This document shows, piece by piece, positions 35,461 to 45,607 of a stretch of DNA of 64,000 bases; the stretch's first letter is position 1; each line of letters opens with the position of its first letter. The translations under genes were made by a program, and so were the position numbers. This DNA comes from an archaeon (lineage in GTDB: Archaea > Nanobdellota > Nanobdellia > Pacearchaeales > GW2011-AR1), in NCBI GenBank assembly GCA_024278335.1, contig JAJRTJ010000003.1:101297-165296 (forward strand). Reading direction: 5' to 3'. The notes under the pieces are model-generated. The model was not told where the DNA came from. It saw nothing but the letters and a program-made list of their open reading frames with translations, and did not search any database.

Positions 35461-36225
35461 TTATCTTCTCTTAAAAATTCTTTCCCAAATAGAAGGCTTG
35501 TCTTGGTCTGAGTCATATTCTACACCAAGAATTTTTGCTGCGATTTCTTTGTATGCCCGCGAAGCTTTTGATTTTGGGTGAGTGTGAATTATTGCATTTT
35601 TTTGGTTGAGAGCTTCTTTAATTGTCAAGTCTTCTGGGATCATTCCAAGAATTGGAACTTCAAGCATTTCTTTAACTGTTTCAGGGTCCATTTCTATTCT
35701 GTCTTTTCTGACTCTGCTCATAATTACTCCAGAAATTTCTTTTCCTTTTTCTTCTGCTACTTTGATTGTTTTTAGGGCATCGGTAATTGCAGGCATTTCT
35801 GGGTTTGTGACAATAATGATTTCATCTGCAAGCTCAATCGCAGCGAGTGCTTCTTCTCCAAGGCCTGCTGCACTATCTACAATCACGTAATTAGAAAGCT
35901 CTGAAAAATCTTTTTTAAAATCTTTTAATTTTTCTACTTTTGTTTTTGTGGATTCTTTTGTTGATAGAGAAGAAGGAATTATCTTCACTCCAGAATCATG
36001 TTCATAAACTGCTTCAAATGCATCTACTTTTTTTGCGAGAACTTGATTTAAATTAACTGGCACTTCTGGAGAGCCAAAATGAATTCCTACATTTGGAGTG
36101 GAAATATTCCCATCAATAATCAGGACTTCTTCCCCAAAATGATTTATAGCTGCTCCTAAGTTTATTGCAGTGGTTGTTTTTCCGACACCTCCTTTACCAG
36201 ATGTTACAACAATTATCCTTGCCAT
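35461..36225 (-). CDS. minD: MinD/ParA-family ATPase
   Basis: Deviant Walker A SGKGGVGKTT. 254 aa. Confidence 0.85.
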   Translation of the reverse strand: MARIIVVTSGKGGVGKTTTAINLGAAINHFGEEVLIIDGNISTPNVGIHFGSPEVPVNLNQVLAKKVDAFEAVYEHDSGVKIIPSSLSTKESTKTKVEKLKDFKKDFSELSNYVIVDSAAGLGEEALAAIELADEIIIVTNPEMPAITDALKTIKVAEEKGKEISGVIMSRVRKDRIEMDPETVKEMLEVPILGMIPEDLTIKEALNQKNAIIHTHPKSKASRAYKEIAAKILGVEYDSDQDKPSIWERIFKRR

Positions 36226-36239
36226 TTTATTTTTTTAGT

Positions 36240-36680
36240 TTAGGATAGAAGAAATTGTTTGACGGCACTTATAAACTTTTCTAACTTTTCTGCGCGGATT
36301 TTAAGTTCTTCAAGGTCCATATTAATCTCTTTTCCTTGATAAAAGATTCTTAAATTAACGTTTTTTCTAAATTCCCCAATTCTTTCAGTTCTTAGTTCTT
36401 CTAATTTTCTGAGCATTTCATAGAATTCAATAACTTCAATTATCTCCTTATCTTTTTTGAATAGTTTTTTCATTTGCTCCATCTGGCCAATTGGATTTTC
36501 AGGGATACTTTTGATTTTCTTTTTCTTTTTTGCATGAATCAAGACTGCATCAATGCTCGTATGGATCATTTTTCTCCACCTTAAAATAAGATTTTTAATT
36601 ACATCACAAGTTTTTGTATATTTCAAGCTAACATAGAGCAAGTGGTCTGCACTAATTTTTTCCTGTATTATATCTTCCAT
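36240..36680 (-). CDS. Hypothetical helical protein (paralog of 36753-37235)
   Basis: 146 aa. Shares the layout ..LLYVSLKYTKT..I.......I...I.AVL.. with its neighbour. Confidence 0.5.
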   Translation of the reverse strand: MEDIIQEKISADHLLYVSLKYTKTCDVIKNLILRWRKMIHTSIDAVLIHAKKKKKIKSIPENPIGQMEQMKKLFKKDKEIIEVIEFYEMLRKLEELRTERIGEFRKNVNLRIFYQGKEINMDLEELKIRAEKLEKFISAVKQFLLS

Positions 36681-36752
36681 ATTAGAAACTTTATCTTTTC
36701 CTCATTTCTTTTGCAGAAATTAAACAAGGAAAAAAGCCTTTTTATACTTTTC

Positions 36753-37235
36753 TTATATTTTTAGGTGATTGTTCTTTCTTAATTTTTGCTTTATTTTTTC
36801 TAAAATGATTCTTGTGATTTTAATTAACTCTTTTATTTTTTTCTCATTGATTTTATGGCATTTTAAATGTTTAGATAAAATTACAATTTCTTCTTTTCTT
36901 TTAAATTCCATCACACTTTCTCTGTGTCCTTTGTTTAATTCTAAAATTTCAATAATTGAGGTTTTTTCTAAGGAATTTAACTGATATTTTGGTGCGCAAT
37001 AATTGAAAAACCTTTGGAGATTTTTTCTTGGATTATTTGAAAGGCGTATTTGGTTTAGTGATGCTTCAGTGTATAGAACTGCTCTGATGCAAAATCCAAT
37101 TATTTTTTTTAAATCCCGAATTGCTTTGAGAATAATTGTTTTTTCTTTAAGAAGCGGGTATGAAAGATACATTAATTTTTCAAGAGAATAAATGGTTTTT
37201 TCTGCTTTATGCAAAAAAGACATTGAATTTTCCAT
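36753..37235 (-). CDS. Hypothetical helical protein (paralog of 36240-36680)
   Basis: 160 aa. ..LMYLSYPLLKEKT..I......II.FCIRAVL... Confidence 0.5.
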   Translation of the reverse strand: MENSMSFLHKAEKTIYSLEKLMYLSYPLLKEKTIILKAIRDLKKIIGFCIRAVLYTEASLNQIRLSNNPRKNLQRFFNYCAPKYQLNSLEKTSIIEILELNKGHRESVMEFKRKEEIVILSKHLKCHKINEKKIKELIKITRIILEKIKQKLRKNNHLKI

Positions 37236-37283
37236 AATAAATCAAGAAAAAAGAAGTTAATATATTTGATTGTGTTGAATAAA

Positions 37284-37619
37284 TTATTCTGAGAGCCTTA
37301 AAATTGCTTCTGCTAAGTCTCCATTAACAGATTCTAAAACTTCTTTTGCTTGTTCTGGAGTTGCTCCTGTTTTTTCTTCAACTGTTTTAATATCTTGTTC
37401 TGAAATTTCTGGAGCAGGAGTTTCTTTCTGGACTTCTCCGGTGATTTGGAATGATTCCTGACCTTGCATTTGGATTTTTGTTACAGAAGGATTTGCTATA
37501 ATAATGTTTGAGCCGTCTGTTTTTTCAATTATTACTTTTTCTGCAGAAATTTCATCTTGGGAGATTCCCATCTGCTTCATTATTGCCTGCATTTTTTTTG
37601 GGTTTATTCCGCCAAACAT
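37284..37619 (-). CDS. nac: Nascent polypeptide-associated complex protein (NAC)
   Basis: MFGGINPKKMQAIMKQMGI start, NAC beta-barrel, and C-terminal UBA-like EVLESVNGDLAEAILRL. Confidence 0.85.
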   Translation of the reverse strand: MFGGINPKKMQAIMKQMGISQDEISAEKVIIEKTDGSNIIIANPSVTKIQMQGQESFQITGEVQKETPAPEISEQDIKTVEEKTGATPEQAKEVLESVNGDLAEAILRLSE

Positions 37620-37620
37620 T

Positions 37621-37779
37621 TTATAAAAACATTGCTAATCCAATTCTAAAAAAGATTATTGCTAAAATAAATAAAATCACGTGACTTGGGTTAAGATTAA
37701 TTCGGCTTTCATATTCTTCATTATATCTTGTCAGACCGCCAAATCCTGCCGGCATATTAATTGTATTGTTTTTTGCCAT
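37621..37779 (-). CDS. secG: Preprotein translocase subunit Sec61-beta (archaeal SecG)
   Basis: My own translation is MAKNNTINMPAGFGGLTRYNEEYESRINLNPSHVILFILAIIFFRIGLAMFL. It shows the GL.RY.EE motif plus a C-terminal TM. Its stop lies 1 nt before the nac start. Confidence 0.6.
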   Translation of the reverse strand: MAKNNTINMPAGFGGLTRYNEEYESRINLNPSHVILFILAIIFFRIGLAMFL

Positions 37780-37873
37780 AAGAAAATTTTGTTTAAATGT
37801 TATTTAAATGTTGTTATTTAGTTTAATAATGGATTATCACAGGTTTTTTAAATCTCTATGAATAAGAATTTTA

Positions 37874-40240
37874 ATGGTTAAAAATAAATTCAATATTAAA
37901 GAATGTGAAGAAAAATGGAGGGCTTTTTGGGAAAAAGAAGGGATTTTTAAATTTGATTTAAAGAGCAAAAAGAAAATCTACTCTGTTGATACTCCTCCTC
38001 CAACTGTTTCAGGAAAAATGCATATTGGGCACGCTGCTTCGTATTCTCAGCAGGATTTTTTGATTCGTTATAAGAGAATGGCAGGATTTAATGTTTTTTA
38101 TCCTTTTGGAACAGATGATAACGGCTTGCCTACTGAAAGACTTGTTGAAAAAACAAAAGGAATCAGAGCTTCAGATATGCCGAGGGATAAATTTGTTCAG
38201 CTTTGCATGAAGCTATTAAAAGAAAAATTCCAGCAAGAGTATTTAGAGGATTGGAAGAGAATTGGGATAAGCTGTGACTGGGATATTTTATATTCTACTA
38301 TTGATGATAATTCTCGGAAAATTGCTCAATGGAGTTTTTTGGATTTATTTAAAAAAGGCAGGGTTTATAGAAAAGATGCTCCTGCAATGTGGTGCCCTGA
38401 GTGCCAGACGGGAATTTCTCAAGCAGAGTGCGAGGACAAGTCTCTTGAGTCTTCATTTAATACAATTGTTTTTAAGGTTGAAGGAAAGGATTTGGCAATT
38501 GATACAACCCGTCCTGAATTATTGCCTGCCTGTGTGGCGATTTTTTATCATCCTGAAGATAAGAGGTATAAATCTCTTAAAAGCAAAAGTGCGAAAGTCC
38601 CCTTATTTGATTTTGAAGTCAAAATTATGGAAGATGAGAGAGTAGACCCCGAAAAGGGAACTGGAATTGTTATGTGCTGCACTTTTGGAGACCAGACAGA
38701 TATGGAATGGCAGAGAGCATATAATCTTGAAATAAAAGAAGCTATTGACAAAACTGGAAAAATGACCTCCCTTTCTGGAGCTTATAAAGGAATGCCTGTT
38801 AAGGAAGCGAGAAAAAAGATTATTTCTGATTTGAGGGATGCGGGTTTATTATTGAACCAGAAGCCAATTGTGCATGATGTTAAGGTTCATGAACGTTGCG
38901 GGGCAGAGATAGAATTTGTTAAATCTACTCAGTGGTTTGTTAAATATCTTGATTTAAAGAAAGAAATGTTAAAGTGGGGGGAGAACTTAAACTGGCATCC
39001 AAAATTTATGTTTCATCGCTATGCAAATTGGGTTAAAGGACTTCAATGGGATTGGCTGATTTCTCGGCAAAGATATTTTGGAATTTCTTTTCCTGTTTGG
39101 TATTGCAAAAAATGTGGAGAAATTAAAATTGCTGAAGAAAAGCAACTGCCGGTGGATCCTATGCAGGATAAGCCTCTTAAAAAATGCAGCTGTGGTTCAG
39201 AAGAATTTATCCCAGAAAAAGATGTTTTAGATACTTGGTTTACCTCTTCTATGACTCCAAGATTATCAATTGAGCTAATAGATAAGAAAATTTGGGAAAA
39301 TTTATTTCCAATGTCTTTAAGACCTCAAGCTCATGATATCATTAGTTTTTGGCTGTTTAACACTGTTGTTAAAAGCAATCTACATTATGGAAAAAATCCA
39401 TTTAAAGAGGTGGCTATTTCTGGATTTGTTTTAGACCCTCATGGAAAAAAGATGTCTAAGAGTAAGGGAAATGTTGTTGCTCCTCAAGATGTTGTTGAGG
39501 AATATGGGGCAGATGCTTTGAGGTTTTGGGCCTCATCTGTAAAGCTTGGAGATGACATTAGTTATCAAGAAAAAGACCTTGTTGCGGGGAAGAAATTTAT
39601 TAATAAAATTTTAAATGCCTCCAGGTTTGTTTTTATGAATCTTGAAAAATATGGCGGAAAAAAGAAGCCTAAAAAATTAGAAGTTCTTGATGAGCTTTTT
39701 TTAGACCAACTTAATTCTGTTATCAGAGATTGCACAGAAAGTTTTGAAAAATATGAATACTCCAAAGTAAAGTCTAGAGCAGAAAACTTCTTTTGGCAGG
39801 ATTTTACAGATAATTATTTGGAAATTGTAAAAAAAAGAGTTTATCAAGGAAAAGGAGACAAAAAGCTGTCTGCACAATATACTCTTTATCAAGCTCTTTT
39901 GACTTTAATTAAGTTATTTGCTCCAATTACCCCCTTTATTACTGAAGAGATTTATCAAGAATATTTTAAAAAGTTGGAGAAAGATAAAAGTATTCATTTA
40001 AGCGAGTGGCCTAAAGAAATCAAAGCAAAAGGAGATAAAAAAACCTGGCAAAGGACTTTGGAGATTCTTGCTCAGGTTCGTCAGGCAAAATCCAAGGCAC
40101 AAAAATCAATGAATTCTGAGATTATTCTTAGTTTGGATAAAGAAGACCTAACCTTGATTGAAAAAGTTAAAGAGGATTTAATGGCAGTTACAGGAGCAAA
40201 AGAAATTAATGAAGGAGAATTTAAAGTTGTTTTTGTTTAA
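37874..40240 (+). CDS. valS: Valyl-tRNA synthetase
   Basis: PPPTVSGKMHIGHAAS (HIGH), KMSKSKGN, an editing-domain-sized insertion, and a CxxC zinc module. 788 aa. Confidence 0.8.
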   Translation: MVKNKFNIKECEEKWRAFWEKEGIFKFDLKSKKKIYSVDTPPPTVSGKMHIGHAASYSQQDFLIRYKRMAGFNVFYPFGTDDNGLPTERLVEKTKGIRASDMPRDKFVQLCMKLLKEKFQQEYLEDWKRIGISCDWDILYSTIDDNSRKIAQWSFLDLFKKGRVYRKDAPAMWCPECQTGISQAECEDKSLESSFNTIVFKVEGKDLAIDTTRPELLPACVAIFYHPEDKRYKSLKSKSAKVPLFDFEVKIMEDERVDPEKGTGIVMCCTFGDQTDMEWQRAYNLEIKEAIDKTGKMTSLSGAYKGMPVKEARKKIISDLRDAGLLLNQKPIVHDVKVHERCGAEIEFVKSTQWFVKYLDLKKEMLKWGENLNWHPKFMFHRYANWVKGLQWDWLISRQRYFGISFPVWYCKKCGEIKIAEEKQLPVDPMQDKPLKKCSCGSEEFIPEKDVLDTWFTSSMTPRLSIELIDKKIWENLFPMSLRPQAHDIISFWLFNTVVKSNLHYGKNPFKEVAISGFVLDPHGKKMSKSKGNVVAPQDVVEEYGADALRFWASSVKLGDDISYQEKDLVAGKKFINKILNASRFVFMNLEKYGGKKKPKKLEVLDELFLDQLNSVIRDCTESFEKYEYSKVKSRAENFFWQDFTDNYLEIVKKRVYQGKGDKKLSAQYTLYQALLTLIKLFAPITPFITEEIYQEYFKKLEKDKSIHLSEWPKEIKAKGDKKTWQRTLEILAQVRQAKSKAQKSMNSEIILSLDKEDLTLIEKVKEDLMAVTGAKEINEGEFKVVFV

Positions 40241-40308
40241 TATTTTGGGTTTTTTAAAGAGTATTTTTTATACAACTATTTTATAAACTCCTTATTTCTT
40301 TTTAAAAT

Positions 40309-41397
40309 ATGGCTATAGATAGAGAATATCTTGAAGAGGTTGTTGAAGAACTTTCACAGCATAAGGGAAGGCATACCGAATTAATTAGTGTTTATATTCC
40401 TGCAGGATATGATGTTAATTCCGTTCAAAAACAGCTGGAAGCAGAAAAATCTACTGCCAAGAATATTAAATCAACTGCTACACGAAAAAATGTGGGCGAT
40501 GCCTTGGACAAAATTGTCAGGCATTTAAAGACTTTGAAAAAAACTCCTGAAAATGGGCTTGCTATTTTTTGCGGAAATGTTTCTCAAACAGAGGGGCAGG
40601 ATAATTTGAAATTATGGGATGTTGAACCTTCTTTGCCAATTAAAGTAAGGCTTTACAGATGCGATAAAGAGTTTGTTTTAGAGCCTTTGGAAGAGCAGTT
40701 GGAAGTTTCAGAAATTTATGGATTGATTGTTATGGACAGAAAAGAGGCAACAATCGGAGTAATTGAAGGAAAGAGAATCAAAGTTATTCAGCATATGACT
40801 TCTGGAATTCCAAGTAAGGTTCGTGCTGGGGGGCAATCTTCTCAAAGATTTCATAGAATTACTGAGGGAATGACTAAGGATTTTTATAAGAGGGTTGCAG
40901 AAGAGGCAAAAAAGGCTTTTTTTGGAAATGAGAAAGTCAAGGGCATTTTAGTTGGAGGGCCGATTCCCACAAAAGATGAATTTTTAGACAATGGATATTT
41001 AATGACTCCGCTTCAAAACAAGGTTATTGGAAGAGTTGATATTGGAGACACTGATGAATCTGGATTAAAAGAACTTGTTGAAAAATCTCAGGAGATTCTT
41101 GCAAATCAAGAAATTATGCGAGAGAAAAAATTAATTGAAAGATTTTTAACAACACTTGGGGAAAATCCTGAACTTGCTGTTTATGAAGAAAAAGCTATTC
41201 GAAAAGCTCTTGAATATGGGGCAGTTGAAACTTTAATTGTTTCTAAAGATTTGGATAAAAAGTTGTTGAAAGAATTTAGAGAAAAAGCAGAAAGCATTGA
41301 TTCTGTTATTGAGACCGTTTCTTTAGACACTGAAGAAGGTCAGCAGTTTAAAAATCTCTCTGGAATGGGAGCAATTTTGAGATTTAGATTAAGTTAA
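40309..41397 (+). CDS. prf1: Peptide chain release factor aRF1
   Basis: NIKS (AKNIKSTA) and GGQ (RAGGQSSQRF) motifs. Confidence 0.9.
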   Translation: MAIDREYLEEVVEELSQHKGRHTELISVYIPAGYDVNSVQKQLEAEKSTAKNIKSTATRKNVGDALDKIVRHLKTLKKTPENGLAIFCGNVSQTEGQDNLKLWDVEPSLPIKVRLYRCDKEFVLEPLEEQLEVSEIYGLIVMDRKEATIGVIEGKRIKVIQHMTSGIPSKVRAGGQSSQRFHRITEGMTKDFYKRVAEEAKKAFFGNEKVKGILVGGPIPTKDEFLDNGYLMTPLQNKVIGRVDIGDTDESGLKELVEKSQEILANQEIMREKKLIERFLTTLGENPELAVYEEKAIRKALEYGAVETLIVSKDLDKKLLKEFREKAESIDSVIETVSLDTEEGQQFKNLSGMGAILRFRLS

Positions 41398-41899
41398 TAA
41401 TTTTATTTGAGAGAAGGCCGGTATCATTGCAGTGATAAACTTTATGAATTATTTGATTAGTTTGTCCTTTGATTGTAAAATTGTTTTCTTGCAAAAGTTT
41501 TTTATTTTGTTTTGAGAGTGCAAGCTGCGGAGCTTTGAAAAGTGTTGGAGCAGACTTAAAGCAATTTTTCCAAATTTGAATTGCAGACTCTAATTCTGCT
41601 TGGCTGATATTTTTTTCAAATTCCTTGTAAGTGTGCTTTATCCCATGCATGCCGATTATTTTATTTAATTCAAGGATTTCCTGACACCAAGTTTGGTTTT
41701 TAGAAATGTCTGTGTTATTATAATTAGGAATTATCCAGAGAATTTCTGGATTGTATTTTTTTAATTCTGAGCATAAAATTCTTGGAGTTACATCATCTAT
41801 TTCCTTTTGAGAAACTGCTCTAAGAATTAAAAGATTTGTTGCTAAAAGAAGGATTACTGCAATAGAAAACAATAATATAATTAAGGCTGTTTTTTTCAT
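41384..41899 (-). CDS. Signal-anchored hypothetical protein
   Basis: N-terminal hydrophobic helix. 171 aa. Its 3' end overlaps the convergent prf1 gene by 14 nt. Confidence 0.45.
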   Translation of the reverse strand: MKKTALIILLFSIAVILLLATNLLILRAVSQKEIDDVTPRILCSELKKYNPEILWIIPNYNNTDISKNQTWCQEILELNKIIGMHGIKHTYKEFEKNISQAELESAIQIWKNCFKSAPTLFKAPQLALSKQNKKLLQENNFTIKGQTNQIIHKVYHCNDTGLLSNKIINLI

Positions 41900-41946
41900 G
41901 AAAATTTATAGATAATGCTTTTAAATAAGCTTTTGTTTTTATTTAA

Positions 41947-42543
41947 ATGGAGATTTCAGCTAAGACTGCAGAGGAAATAGATGACTCTCGTGAAAAAGAG
42001 GACTTGAGAACTCTTGAAGCAGTTTTGTTTGTTTCTGGGAGATTTTTAAATATGACAGAGTTAATTTCACTTAGTGATTTTAATCCAATAATTCTTAAAG
42101 AGCTTTTGGAAAAATTAAAGGACAAATATGAAAAGATGGACTCTGCAATTGAAGTTGTTGAGAAAAATGGGCTGTGGAAAATGGATGTGAGGCAGGAATA
42201 TTCTTGGCTTGTGAATAAGCTTGCAACAGGAAGCTCAGAATTCACCAAAGCAGAAAAAGAGACTCTGGCAATTATTGCATTTAAACAGCCAATTAAGCAG
42301 TCAGTAATTATCAAGATTCGGGGAAATAAGGCATATGACCATATTAAAAAATTTTTTGACCTTGGATTAATTAAGAAGAAAAAAGAAGGGCATACGAGCA
42401 TTCTAAGTTTAAGCGACGATTTTTATGATTATTTTGGAATTCAAAATCCTGAGGGGGGAAATCCTTTAAAGATAGTTCTTAAGAAAGAGATGGAGATTGA
42501 AAAAGCAGGAGATGCTGAAGAAAGTTCAGTGAGGGAAAAGTAA
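41947..42543 (+). CDS. scpB: Segregation and condensation protein B (ScpB)-like
   Basis: LEAVLFVSGRFLNMTEL and tandem winged-helix layout. Confidence 0.7.
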   Translation: MEISAKTAEEIDDSREKEDLRTLEAVLFVSGRFLNMTELISLSDFNPIILKELLEKLKDKYEKMDSAIEVVEKNGLWKMDVRQEYSWLVNKLATGSSEFTKAEKETLAIIAFKQPIKQSVIIKIRGNKAYDHIKKFFDLGLIKKKKEGHTSILSLSDDFYDYFGIQNPEGGNPLKIVLKKEMEIEKAGDAEESSVREK

Positions 42544-42544
42544 G

Positions 42545-43780
42545 ATGGATTGGCTTACTATTCTTTATCTAGTATTTACTTTTTTAGGATTTTATTATTT
42601 ATTTTTGTTTATTTTAATTTATTCCCAAAATAAAAAACAAATGTTTGAAGTTATCAAGCCAGATAAAATACGTTCTTTGAGCATTGTTGTTCCTTGTTAT
42701 AATGAAGAAGAAAATATTGGGGAGACAATTAAAGCACTTTTAAGTTCAGATTATCCTGGGCTTGAAAAGATTTTTGTTGTTGATGATTGCAGTAAAGATA
42801 ATTCTTATAATGTAATCAAAAAATTTGCAAAGCAATATTCAAAAGTTGTTGCCTTGCAGACTCCTAAAAATACCGGGAATGCTGCTGGCTCTAAAAATTA
42901 TGGGGCAAAATTTGTGAAGACAGAATTAATTGGATTTAGTGATTCAGATTCTTTTCCAGAAAAAAACGCTATTTCAAATATGGTTGGATTTTTTAATGAT
43001 TCAAAAGTTGGAGCAGTTACTTCAAGAGTTTTAGTTAAAAACCGAAGAAAGTTTTTAGCAAAATTACAGACAGTAGAATACAAAATTATTGCCTTTACAA
43101 GAAAGTTATTGGGATTTGTTGATGCTATTTATGTTACAAACGGGCCTCTTAGTATTTATAGAAAAAAAGCTTTTGACAGGGTCGGGGGTTTTGATGAGAA
43201 AAATTTAACAGAAGATATTGAGATAACTTGGCATTTTGTGAAAGACGGCTGGAAAGTCCACATGGCTCTTGCAAGCCTTGTTTATACTGTTGTTCCAGAA
43301 ACTTTTACTGGCTGGTTTAAGCAGAGGTTAAGATGGAATGTTGGGGGAATTCAAACAATCAATAAATACAGGAAAACCTTTTTTTCATGCGGAATGCTGG
43401 GGGCATTTATTCTTCCTTTTTTTGTAAGCTCATGGTTTTTGGGGATTGCAGGACTGATTCTTCTTGTTTATCGTTTATCAAGGTATTTTATTGTTAAATA
43501 CCTTGCAGCATCATATTCAATTGAAGCTCAAACTGCTATTTTAAGATTAAATGATCTCAGCCTCTCTCCTTCTATTTTGTTCTTTTTTGGAATGATTCTT
43601 TTAGGCTTAAGCTTGTCTTTTAATTTTCTGGGTCTTTCTTATTCAAAAAAAGAAAAAGAAGAATTTAAAAGAGAATCCATCTTAGATGTTTTAACATATA
43701 TATTCATTTATTTGCTTGTATACCCTGTGCTGTTGATTGCCTCTTTATACAAGTATTTAACTGGAAATCATAAGTGGTAA
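42545..43780 (+). CDS. Membrane-integrated family 2 glycosyltransferase (processive type)
   Basis: VVPCYNEE, DDCSKD, SDSD, and QRLRWNVGG (QxxRW), with N- and C-terminal TM helices. Confidence 0.8.
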   Translation: MDWLTILYLVFTFLGFYYLFLFILIYSQNKKQMFEVIKPDKIRSLSIVVPCYNEEENIGETIKALLSSDYPGLEKIFVVDDCSKDNSYNVIKKFAKQYSKVVALQTPKNTGNAAGSKNYGAKFVKTELIGFSDSDSFPEKNAISNMVGFFNDSKVGAVTSRVLVKNRRKFLAKLQTVEYKIIAFTRKLLGFVDAIYVTNGPLSIYRKKAFDRVGGFDEKNLTEDIEITWHFVKDGWKVHMALASLVYTVVPETFTGWFKQRLRWNVGGIQTINKYRKTFFSCGMLGAFILPFFVSSWFLGIAGLILLVYRLSRYFIVKYLAASYSIEAQTAILRLNDLSLSPSILFFFGMILLGLSLSFNFLGLSYSKKEKEEFKRESILDVLTYIFIYLLVYPVLLIASLYKYLTGNHKW

Positions 43781-43781
43781 A

Positions 43782-44438
43782 ATGTTAAAAAGCAAAAAGC
43801 ATGTGTTTTGGGAAGCGCTGTTAATTACAGCAGTTATTTTTATTCTTGGAATTTTAATTGGCGTTGCAATTGAGTCAAAAAGAGTCAATAAAATTGGGGA
43901 GTATTACAGCCGTTCAGAAATTGCCCTTTTAGATGTTTTGGCTATGAATAGTTTTTTAGAGTCAGGTTCTTTGAGTTGTTCAGAAGTTATTCAGGCTAAT
44001 TTAGGGCTTGCAGATAGAGTTTATACTGAAGCTAAACTTTTGAACAAATATGAAGGCTCAAATAGATTAACAGATTCTGTTGATTTAGAGCATAAAAAGT
44101 ATGACTTGTTGAGAAATTTTATTTGGATTAATAGCCTTAAAATTTTTGAGAAATGCAATTCTTCCTTAGTTCCAGTGGTTTATCTTTATAATTATAATGA
44201 AAAAAATTTAGAGAAAAAAGCACTTCAAAATGTTTGGGCAAAAGTATTAGAGGAATTAAAGGAAAAACAAGGAGGAAATATAATCCTGCTTCCTATTGCA
44301 GTAGATACAGAGCTTTCTTCTGTTGATTTAATGGTGCAAAAATTTAATGTTAAAGAATTTCCAGTTGTAATCATTGGAGATAATGTTGTAATTTCAGAAC
44401 TTTCTTCTGTTAAAGATTTAGAAAAATATTTGAATTAA
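43782..44438 (+). CDS. Hypothetical membrane-anchored protein
   Basis: Starts 2 nt after the GT2 stop. One N-terminal TM helix. Confidence 0.5.
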   Translation: MLKSKKHVFWEALLITAVIFILGILIGVAIESKRVNKIGEYYSRSEIALLDVLAMNSFLESGSLSCSEVIQANLGLADRVYTEAKLLNKYEGSNRLTDSVDLEHKKYDLLRNFIWINSLKIFEKCNSSLVPVVYLYNYNEKNLEKKALQNVWAKVLEELKEKQGGNIILLPIAVDTELSSVDLMVQKFNVKEFPVVIIGDNVVISELSSVKDLEKYLN

Positions 44439-44490
44439 AGCTATCCTTTTATCATACAAATATTAAAAAAGATTTAAGCTATATAGTTTT

Positions 44491-45252
44491 ATGGTTAAGG
44501 AGTGCTTTAAATGCGGGATTTCTGAAGAAAAGGCTCGTCTTTTTGATGGGCTTTGTGAGGAAGGAATTGTGGGGGTTTGTTCAAAGTGTTCTTTAGAAGA
44601 AGATATACTTCTTATTAAAAAGCCTTGTTTAGAAGATTCTGAGCCAGCTGAGGAGAAAAAGCCAGAAAAAAAGATTTTTGGTTTTGAAAAACATCCCGAA
44701 GATGTTTCTTTGAAACAAATAGTAAATGAAAACTTTGAGAAAAAATATGAAAAAATTGAAAATCCAAAAAGAAAAGACCTTGTTGAAAATTTTCACTGGA
44801 TTATTATGCGGGCTCGAAGAAGAAAGCATCTAACTCGTAGGCAGTTTGCAGAAGCACTTGCAGAACCAGAATCTGCAATAATAATGGCAGAAAAAGGAGT
44901 TCTTCCAAATGATGGGAATAAATTAATCAGCAAAATCCAAAGTTATTTAGGAGTCAGGCTTATTAAGCCAGAATATGATGTTGAATTAAAACAAAGAGTA
45001 AAAGAAAAAGGATTAAATTTTGACCCAGTAAGTTTAAAGAGCTTAACTATTGCTGATTTAAAGGAATTGCAGGAAGAAGAGAAAAAAGAAATGCTCTCTA
45101 AAGAAAATAAGGAGGTCTCTGTTGAGACTGAAGAGGGAGAAGGAAAACTTGTTGTTGAAGAGGACAATACAGAAGAAGTTGAAATTGCCTCTGATTCAGA
45201 TGAATTTGGAATTGAAGATATGAATGAGTTGATTTTTAGAAAAAAAGAGTAA
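44491..45252 (+). CDS. Zinc-ribbon plus Cro/C1-type HTH protein (MBF1-like) with acidic tail
   Basis: CFKCG...CSKC N-terminus, and HTH ARRRKHLTRRQFAEALAEPESAIIMAEKG. Confidence 0.55.
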   Translation: MVKECFKCGISEEKARLFDGLCEEGIVGVCSKCSLEEDILLIKKPCLEDSEPAEEKKPEKKIFGFEKHPEDVSLKQIVNENFEKKYEKIENPKRKDLVENFHWIIMRARRRKHLTRRQFAEALAEPESAIIMAEKGVLPNDGNKLISKIQSYLGVRLIKPEYDVELKQRVKEKGLNFDPVSLKSLTIADLKELQEEEKKEMLSKENKEVSVETEEGEGKLVVEEDNTEEVEIASDSDEFGIEDMNELIFRKKE

Positions 45253-45289
45253 TAAAAAGCTTTATAAATTCATTTTATGACATCCTTTT

Positions 45290-45553
45290 ATGGAAGTAAA
45301 GGTTCTTAATGAATCAAAAGATATGATTGAATTTGAAATTAATAATGCGACTATTGCTGAGCTGTTAAGGGAGTATTTAAACAAAGATTCTGCAGTAGTT
45401 TTTGCAGCTTGGAAAAGAGAGCATCCAACAAAGGCTCCGATTGTCAAAGTTGAAACAAAAGGAAAAGATGCTAAAAAAGTCATCAAAGATGCTTTGAAAA
45501 TAATTGTTAAAGAGCTTGATTCTATTGAAGCTGATTTTAAAAAGTTGAAGTAG
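45290..45553 (+). CDS. rpoL: RNA polymerase subunit L (Rpo11)-like
   Basis: Size, and IEFEINNATIAELLREYL...VVFAAWKREHP, resemble the RpoL/Rpb11 fold motif. Confidence 0.6.
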   Translation: MEVKVLNESKDMIEFEINNATIAELLREYLNKDSAVVFAAWKREHPTKAPIVKVETKGKDAKKVIKDALKIIVKELDSIEADFKKLK

Positions 45554-45607
45554 GTTTATTTCTTATAATATAACAATGCTTATTAATCTTCAGCTAATTT
45601 TAGTTTT

